Shown in pieces: positions 56,051-64,000 of a stretch of 64,000 nucleotides of DNA (positions are counted from its first letter, which is position 1; the number at the start of each line of letters is the position of its first letter). The DNA comes from Camelus dromedarius. Its lineage: Eukaryota. The notes beneath the pieces were generated by a model. It saw nothing but the letters and a program-made list of their open reading frames with translations, ran no database searches and was not told the origin of the DNA. The stretch spans positions 106,146,001 through 106,210,000 of the forward strand of contig NC_087437.1 in NCBI RefSeq assembly GCF_036321535.1. The letters are read 5' to 3'. The position numbers and the translations under genes were made by a program.

Positions 56051-57670
56051 AGATGGGGAATATCTTCAACATACAAATAGGGATCCTAAGGCTCAGGAAA
56101 GCTAAATTTCTTGTCTAAGCTCACTTATCCAGGGTGAAAAGAGATGGAACTGGAATTTGAAAATCTGAGAATTTGTTCCATAGATAGCTGACCTCATCCC
56201 TCTCATTTTTCTGAGTGCTTATCCCTTTTTGTGATCTTCACTCAAGAAGACAGTGATTCCTTATGCTCTAATTATATATCATCTTCTTAACATTCACCCC
56301 AAATATAACTGGACCACTCTTTTGTCTCAATCTTATTATGTCTAATATCATGTTTATTTCCATTCTTTCCCTTTACTTTTATTTGTCAATATTATTTCTT
56401 CTTAGTAGTTGAGGAGGTTGCTTTTGTTATTGTTGTTTTATTTAAACTATGATTTCAGTGTACCTGTTGAGAAATGGGCATTTATTTGTGTGTTTAGTTG
56501 AATTCTATTTTTCTTTCCCACTAAAATAGAAACTCCATGAGGGAAGAAATTTCCTGATGTTTGCTCACCAGTGTATGACCCATGCTGAGCAAAGTGCTTG
56601 GTTAATAGTACATGTAAATATATACCTGTCGATTAAATGGAAAGGGGATGAGGTGAAGTCGGTGGAAGAAATGGATGGATAGAATTAATGATGGCAATGT
56701 TTATCATGAAGCCCTAACTTATTCTAAGTAGGTAAGACATCAGATTTCTCTGAGGTGACATTTGAACAAAGGAATTGAATGTGAATGACTGCAGTGTGTT
56801 GTTCGTGGCAGTACACGACTCATAGCAGGTGGTTCTCAGATCTAGACTGGAACCCAAGCCAGGCTACTTGGCCCAAGTCTGTAATTTCTCATCAACTGAT
56901 AAGGATGGTGGAGGTGGGGAGAGATTTGGATCGTCTACAGAATGACAAGATCCTGCCTCTGTGGTGGAATTGACCCAAAACAGCACACCAGGGAACCAGT
57001 GCCAGGAAGATTTTGCCCTCTGTCAACACTGTTAAGAACAAAGCAACATAATCAATGTGCTGAAGAGAACTGGTTCCAACTGGGCATAGTTTCAATTACC
57101 TGATGAACTTAAAGGTCAAATTGGGCTTGCTGGTAGACCTGCTAATCATTTCAAGACTGTAACAGACATGACATTGAAAAGGAAGAAGTCAAAAGTAAGA
57201 ACATTAGCATAGAGAGAACAGTGAGTTCCCCGTGGCTGAGGACACTCCTTTACCCCTCCACACGAGGAATTCAGTGAGAGAAACCCATGTGAATTTACAC
57301 GTATGTGCTCTGCCCATGGTTTTCACCATACTGCTTTCCATCTGTGGGCGTCTTTAGTGGAGGAGGTGTATTAGAACATAGAGGCAAGAGCTGGCGTGTT
57401 TGTTGAGGTCAGACCAGCAGAAATCTGTAAAAGCCATTATTTAAAACATCATTTCTTTTCATCCCATAGCAATATAGTGGCAGCACTGCTGAGCCAATAC
57501 TCCAGGACACCTATTCTGCCAGATTTTGAAGATGAGAGTGAGGATGGGAAAGGGGGATCAGAATCTAGGTTGAAGTGCTTTCTTTAGCCAAAGAAGAAAA
57601 AGATGACTTAAAACTGGGCAGTTTTCTTGGAAGGTGTTACTGAGGTCAGAACTCAGAAAAACAGCCCAAC

Positions 57671-58155
57671 TGTATTAGTTTCCTATTGCTGCAGTAACAA
57701 ATTACCACAAGTTGAATATAATGCATATTTATTATCTTACAGTTCTAGAGGTCAGAAACGCAAAATAGGTCTCGCTGAGCTAAAGTCAAGGTATGGGAAG
57801 GGCAGTGTTCCTTCTGGAGGTTCAAGAGGAGACTCTGTTTCCATGTTGTTTCCAGCTTCTAGAGGTCCATCATGGCCCCATTTCTCCAGATGCAAAGCTA
57901 ACAGTGCCAGGCTGCCATATCTCTGGTTCTCTCTCTTTTGCCTCCTTCTTCCACTTATAAGGACCCTTGAAATCACATCCGGACCACCTGGGTAGTCCAG
58001 AATAATCTGTTCATCTCAAGGTCGGCTGGTTAGGAGCTCTGATTCCATCTGCAACCTTACTTCCTTTTTACCATGTAAAGTAACCCGTTTATAGGTTCCT
58101 GGGACTAGGACATAGACATCTTTGTGGGGGCAGGGGGATTATTTGCCTGCCATAC
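57671..58155 (-). mobile_element. MaLR LTR (MLT1-like)
   Basis: TGTATTAGTTTCCTATTGCTGCAGTAACAAATTACCACAA...CTTACAGTTCTAGAGGTCAGAA...GGACATAGACATCTTTG. Confidence 0.8.
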
Positions 58156-60264
58156 CAGCCAGAATTAGGGTATGGGCAATCGGTGTTGTGGCCAAGAACA
58201 TTCTAGATCCTATGGAGCAACCATAACTTTTTCCTTTAAATTACAATTCAGTGTTATATATTTACACTTTTATGGGTTGTACTCGGACTGTGTAGTGTAA
58301 CGGTGGAACACGGACTCTGATACAGAACGCTGTGCTCACTTACTAGCTGCGTGACCTTGTACAAGTCATTTGACTTTTGTGTGTGTCAACTGACCCCTCT
58401 GCAATGGTGGTAATCCCAGTAACAGTACTTACTTCACAGAGGTTTCGAGAAAAAGAAATGTGTTCATATGTGTAACACACTTAGAAAACTTAGTACTGTT
58501 ATTATTGTTAAAATTGGGGGGCAATGAACTTCAACACTCCTATTATCACTTATAATGGATTTCTTACATTTTTGAGAGTCATAGCCAAAGACAAGTAATC
58601 GGCTGTTGCATAAGTATTGTACTCGTTTAAACAGCTTGTTTTGTTTACTTTTATTAAGAGTTTATTTTGGAATTTTTTTTTGTTTTATTACAAAATACAC
58701 ACATACATCTCTATCTCTATCTATCTATGCAAAGAATATACTAGTACCGAGGTAAAGAGGATGGAGGAGACCACTTCAGATGCAGCAAAAGCACACTCAG
58801 ACATCCTTGGGGGGAGCCAGCAGGAAGAGTGTGAAGGAATAAAAGAAGTTCCTTATGGTCATAGCGGGGAGAACGGGGGGGGGGGGGGGAGGAAAAAAGG
58901 CAGCAGTCAGGCTGTTGGAGGGCTTTGTGGGATATATTTAGGATTTTGAACTTATCCTAAAGCAAGGCAAAGCCATTGAAGGCTTTTAAACACTGAATAT
59001 CAGGCAGATTTGCATTTCAAAGAGAACACAATGGATGGAGTGTGGAGAATGGGCGGAACGGTGTAGGTGGGAAGCTGAAGTGGGGAGACCAGTTAGATGC
59101 CATGGAAGTGGTCCATGCAATTCCTTCATGAGTATTTCTGATATATAGTGACTGAAATAGATACCTACCCAAACACATATGATTACATATATACGTATGC
59201 CCACAGAAAGTTGTTTTATATTTGAAATGCAATCAATTACATTTAATCAGAGATTTGAGAAAATTGCTCTTTGGTTTTTAAGTTTTTAAAAATCACGTAT
59301 GATGTATTTCCAACTTTCTCTTCAGTTCCCAACGTATCAGCATAAAACAGTAGCTGTTTGGGCTCCTATTTCTCTTCTTTCAGTATCTTTCTCTTTTCCA
59401 ACGCCTGAGTTTGTCTTCCGTCAGTGTTGTGTTTTTAGCGTCTCCCCAAGTTGCCACACTTAAGAGGGTGATTTGATTAGATGTGATACGGAGAGGCGTG
59501 ACCTTCTATGTTACTAAGCACGTAAGTGTGTGCGTGCACGAGAGAGAGGGAGGATGTGTGTGCTCAACTGAGTGCCTGCTGGCAGGACCGCAAACCCTAC
59601 TCAGGGTCTTCAAACCAGTGAGTGGGTTGGAACTGTTCTGCCATTTGAATTGTTGCTATGTTTTATGAGCAGAGGGCAAAGCAACATACTGGACCCAGTC
59701 CTGTGACGTGTCAAGAGCTTCTCTCTTAGCTGCCCACTGTCTGGGCTCAAAAAGTCCTGAGCCAGGAACCTCATGAGCTTGACAGACATGAGTTTTAGTT
59801 CCTAACTGAAGAGTCTTGCCTTTCTCTCTCTTGCTTTCTTATGCCATTGGCGTCAAGATTTTATTTGTTTCATTGGCTTTTCTGTTCTGTTTCAGTTTTC
59901 AGAATGTCTCATGAGGTCAGTGTGGGGCAGATTTGTCTTTCTATTTATACAGGGTGAAGACATCTCCCTGGTCTCTCTCCTTTATGCAAGGTGTTTCCAG
60001 TTTGCTGGGTCACATCTTGTCAAAACAGTCACCTACTGTTTTCAGTTTTTGCTTTGCTTGCACTGTAAAAACCTGCTCAATACTTTATGATGGGCAGAAT
60101 CAAAGACAAAAATAGATCATTATTAAATGCATTTACTTACATGTTTAACTAAAATAATGTTTGCACATGGTGGATTCAAGCAGCGCAGAAAGGTTATCAA
60201 ATGAAAAATGTCTCCTTTCCAGTCCTGCCTTCTGTTCCACTCCTTAAAAGTAGCCTACTGTTTT

Positions 60265-61026
60265 ATTTCTATTTTTTTTACTGAGGTTTAATTGGTGTAC
60301 AATATTATATGTTTCAGGCATACAACATAGTGATTCACAATTTTTAAAGGTTATATTCTATTTATACTTATTATAAAATATCAGTTATATTCCCTGTGCT
60401 GTACAATATATCTTTGTAGCTTATTTATTTTATACATGGTAGTTTGAACCTCTTAACCCCCTACCCGTGTCTTGTCCCTGCCTCCTTCCCTTTCCCCACT
60501 GGTAACCACTATTTTGTTCTTTATATTTGTGAGTCAGTTTCTTTTTGTTATATTCACTAGTTTGTTTTATTTTTTAGATTCTATGTATAAGTGATACCAT
60601 AGAGTATTTGTCTTTCTTTGACTTATTTCACTAAGCATTTTATCTTCCATGTCCATCCATGTTGTTGCAAATGGCAGAATTCCATTCTTTTTTTATGGCT
60701 GAGTAGCATTCCATTCTGCATGTGTATGTGTGTGTGTGTGTGTGTGTGTACCCCATCTTCTTTATCTATTCATCTGCTGATGGACACTTGGGTTGCTCCT
60801 ATGTCTTGGCTATTATAGATAATGCTGCTCTGAACACTGGGTTGCATGTATTTTTTCAAATTAGTGTTTTCATTTTCTTCAGATCTATACCCAGAAGTGG
60901 AATTTCTGGATCATACAGTAGCTCTATATAGCTTTTAATTTTTTAAGGAATCTCCATACCAGTTGCACCAATTTACATTCCTACCAATAGTGTAAAAGGG
61001 TTCCCTTTTCTCCACATCCTCACCTA
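60265..61026 (-). mobile_element. L1 3' end containing a (TG)n microsatellite
   Basis: L1 3' motifs; TSD AAGTAGCCTACT/AAGTAGCCCACT (60248-60259, 61029-61040). Confidence 0.85.
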
Positions 61027-61963
61027 TGAAGTAGCCCACTCTTAAGTTTCTTGCGTGTGATTCCAGAAAAATTGTGTGTGGGGGGAAATATAATTCCACC
61101 CTATATGAGCATACCTGTATAATTTCTTTAAAAATCAAAATCAAAATTTGCTGTGCTTATGGTTCTGCACATTCCAAAAAAAAAGAAATTATGTCATGCA
61201 TAGTATTCTGTGCTTTCCTACGAAAACTGTATTTTTACTAGTAATTGAGCCACGACTCAAAGCTAGGTCTCACAAACAGGACTCGTGACAACATCTTGCA
61301 GAGGCTTTTTTAAAACCCTAAGCCAAGATGCAGTCAGGACTATCTTCTAGCTAAAACCACCAAATGTAAGTAGTGAAACAAAGTGATATAACAAAAGAGA
61401 GGAATATAAACTCCCAAACCAGTGACCAGATTTAAAAAGGGAAAAATTCCAACCCAGACCCAATGAAAAAGTCCAAAGGAGAAGAGAATAAGGGACCACG
61501 CCCAGAGGGGACCGAGACACCGGCACCAGCTAGGATTTACAGACAAGTGCAAGCTGGTGCTATTTTTAAAGGAGACCAAAGAAGCAATGGCCACAAATAA
61601 AATTGGAACACGCTGAACTGCTGGGAAAGTGCTAAATTTGAAAAGAGAGAATCGTGTTTATGTTTAAGAAAATGCTCTAGAGACACTTTAAATTAGGAAT
61701 TGATTTTAATCTGAAGTAGAACAGACAATGGAATAAACAGTGACTCAAGTGTAAATAAACACTAGTCTATTTAATGCAATTATTTAATTATCAGTTGCTA
61801 ATTAATCTATGATTTAATCTAATAATCTAACACAGTGAGCTGTGCCATAAAAATATGTTAAAAGTTTTATATAAACTGATTGGAGCTATGGGATCATTGT
61901 ATCATTTGTACTTTGATCCCATGTGATGCTTTTGGTCCCAGAAGAAGTCAGGTTCTTTTGTGT

Positions 61964-61966
<3 letters not shown>

Positions 61967-62005
<39 letters not shown>

Positions 62006-62008
62006 TGT
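61967..62008. repeat. (TG)n microsatellite
   Basis: Near-perfect TG run. Confidence 0.95.
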
Positions 62009-63557
62009 AAGGGAGCAAACATCTATGCCATTTTACCTAGATACAATGTTTCTCCTTTCCAACCTCCATCTTTTCTACTGTTGTCCTTGTTGAACTGTTC
62101 TCCATGTTGCCAAATGTGATTCCTCTCTGAAAGTCTAACTCCAAAGTCTCTTACGGCTTCTTAAGTCTTTCCAACTCATCTAGTCTTCAAAGCCAAAGTC
62201 CACCTCATATTGTAATCCTGGTGCCCTCAGCATGTTCCTGTTTCTCTTACTGCCCTTACTGGGCTGTAGTGTTATCATTTTACACACACATCTTTCTGGG
62301 GCAGAGATAACACATCTTTATGTCCCTAGCACCTAGCGTAGCGCCTAGCACATAGAAGTTTTTAAATACTTAGTTAAATAAAAGTAAGTAACGTAGTAAA
62401 TAACATAACATTAATTATAAACTATACATAAAATAAACATTAACAAATGAGATAATGGAAAATAAACACTAATACCCTTGGAGAGAAATGAGGTGGTAAT
62501 GGCCCTATATTACAAAATTTGATAAAGCTTCTGCAATTAAAATCCTGTGGGACTGGTACATGAAGAGACTGACAGACCAATGGTAGAGAATATAAAGTCC
62601 AGAAATTGGCCCAAGTTGATTTGAAATTTAGGATAGATAGATAGATGTAAAAATAGAGATTATCTATACCTACCATGTCTATCTGTCTATTGATCTACAT
62701 GTAAAATGGTAGCATTTCAAACTAGAGAGAATTCTTAATACTGTTAGAAAAGTTGCACAGTTATTTAAGGGAAATTAAATCTGAATCTGATAGCATACAT
62801 GGGGATAAACTCCAAATCAATCAGAGATCTAACTGTAAGTAAATAAATAAATAAATAAAAAGATCACTACCTGCCTCCCCTCAAAACCCCCCCCCCCAAA
62901 AAAAAGGAAGCATGGTATAGATTTCTGTAGACTGGTCTATATATCCAAGCAGCATCCGCATTAAAAAAAAAAAAAAAACACCTTAAACAAATCAAAAGAT
63001 AAATGTCTAGTTGGGAAAAGATATTTTGCAATTTAAGCCTCAACTAGAGTATTGTCACTGATATAAGAGCACTTAAAAATGAAAAGAAAATTAAAATATA
63101 AAGAATAAAATAGAAAAATGGTGCATGCATGCATGCACACATACACAAACACAGACACATACGCAAACACACGCACAAGCAAACCCCAGAGAATTCCGAG
63201 AAGGAAAGTCCAAAAAGCTCTTCAGATATGAAGCTCTACTCAACATAACTTGAAATGCAAATTAAACCTTCACAAAGATAACACTGCTTGCCTACTAGAT
63301 TATCAAAACACATAACTCATCTGCATGCTCTGTTATTGAAGTTGTATGGAAACAAGCATTTTCACACACTGTTGATAGGCTGTGTAATGCTATAGCTGCT
63401 ACGGACTGGAATCCAGCAATATGTAGAAAAATTATATATCTGCCTTTTGACTCACCAACCCCACTACTGGGAGTCTGTTCCAAAGCTGTACAAAAACAGG
63501 ACATGATTCATACATAATATTATTCATTTCAAAATTATTTATTATAAAAAGGATTGA

Positions 63558-63690
63558 AGGGAGGAGGGTATATAGCTCAATGGTAGAGTGCATACTTAGC
63601 AATCCCCAGTACCTCCATTAAAAAAATTGAAAAAAGAAAGAAATATATAAATAAGTCTAATTACCCTCTTCTCCAAGTTAAAAAAAATTT
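63558..63690 (+). mobile_element. tRNA-derived SINE with internal deletion
   Basis: TATAGCTCAATGGTAGAGTGCATACTTAGC joined directly to AATCCCCAGTACCTCC; about 20 nt including most of the B-box is missing. Confidence 0.75.
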
Positions 63691-64000
63691 TTAATTAAAA
63701 GAAGATTGAAAATAATCGAATACCCATTAATAGGGGATTGACTGAATAAATGACAGAATGATATGCAATGTAGTTATAAAAGGAATTAGAGTGATCTCCA
63801 TGAATGGATATAGTAACTGGAAAAAGCAAGGTGTAGAACTGTATAGTTTTGCATGCTACGTTTTATGCAAGAGAAAAACACTGGGAGGTTAAATCAAAAC
63901 TATTCAAAATGTGTGGAAGGTGCAAGAATGGAACAGCTTTCTCTTAATAGCTTATTACACAGATTTGATTTTGAAAACTTAAAGGTTCTATTTAAAAGAT

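Noticed and set aside
53003..64000. JAM2 exon 2
   Set aside because: No matching coding segment found; intron 1 is long and extends past the window.

Overview
Mammalian genomic DNA (not prokaryotic), most likely camelid given its tRNA-derived SINE family, syntenic with the human chr21 MIR155HG-MRPL39-JAM2 interval. It holds the last exon of MIR155HG/BIC with the miR-155 hairpin (+, 2792-2855); the complete 10-exon MRPL39 gene (-, CDS 30260 to 13104, 334 aa, all junctions GT-AG and in phase); and the CpG-island promoter and signal-peptide exon 1 of JAM2 (+, 52936-53002) followed by part of intron 1. Most of the rest is interspersed repeat (SINE, L1, L2/MIR, LTR, DNA transposon), and almost all ORF-track entries are spurious. 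I found no wholly new multi-gene system. The best leads are: (1) an open-frame, L2-like homologue of the human MRPL39 alternative C-terminal exon in intron 9; (2) exact conservation of the miPEP155 C-terminus VAQTRKGKSVV-stop in MIR155HG; (3) an intragenic duplication of the MRPL39 exon-5 acceptor region that sets up a candidate 14-nt poison microexon; (4) a 22-bp kB-like palindrome in the MIR155HG intron; (5) a polyadenylated LTR-like retrocopy and a nested LTR cluster. Comparisons with human and other sequences are from memory, not database searches.
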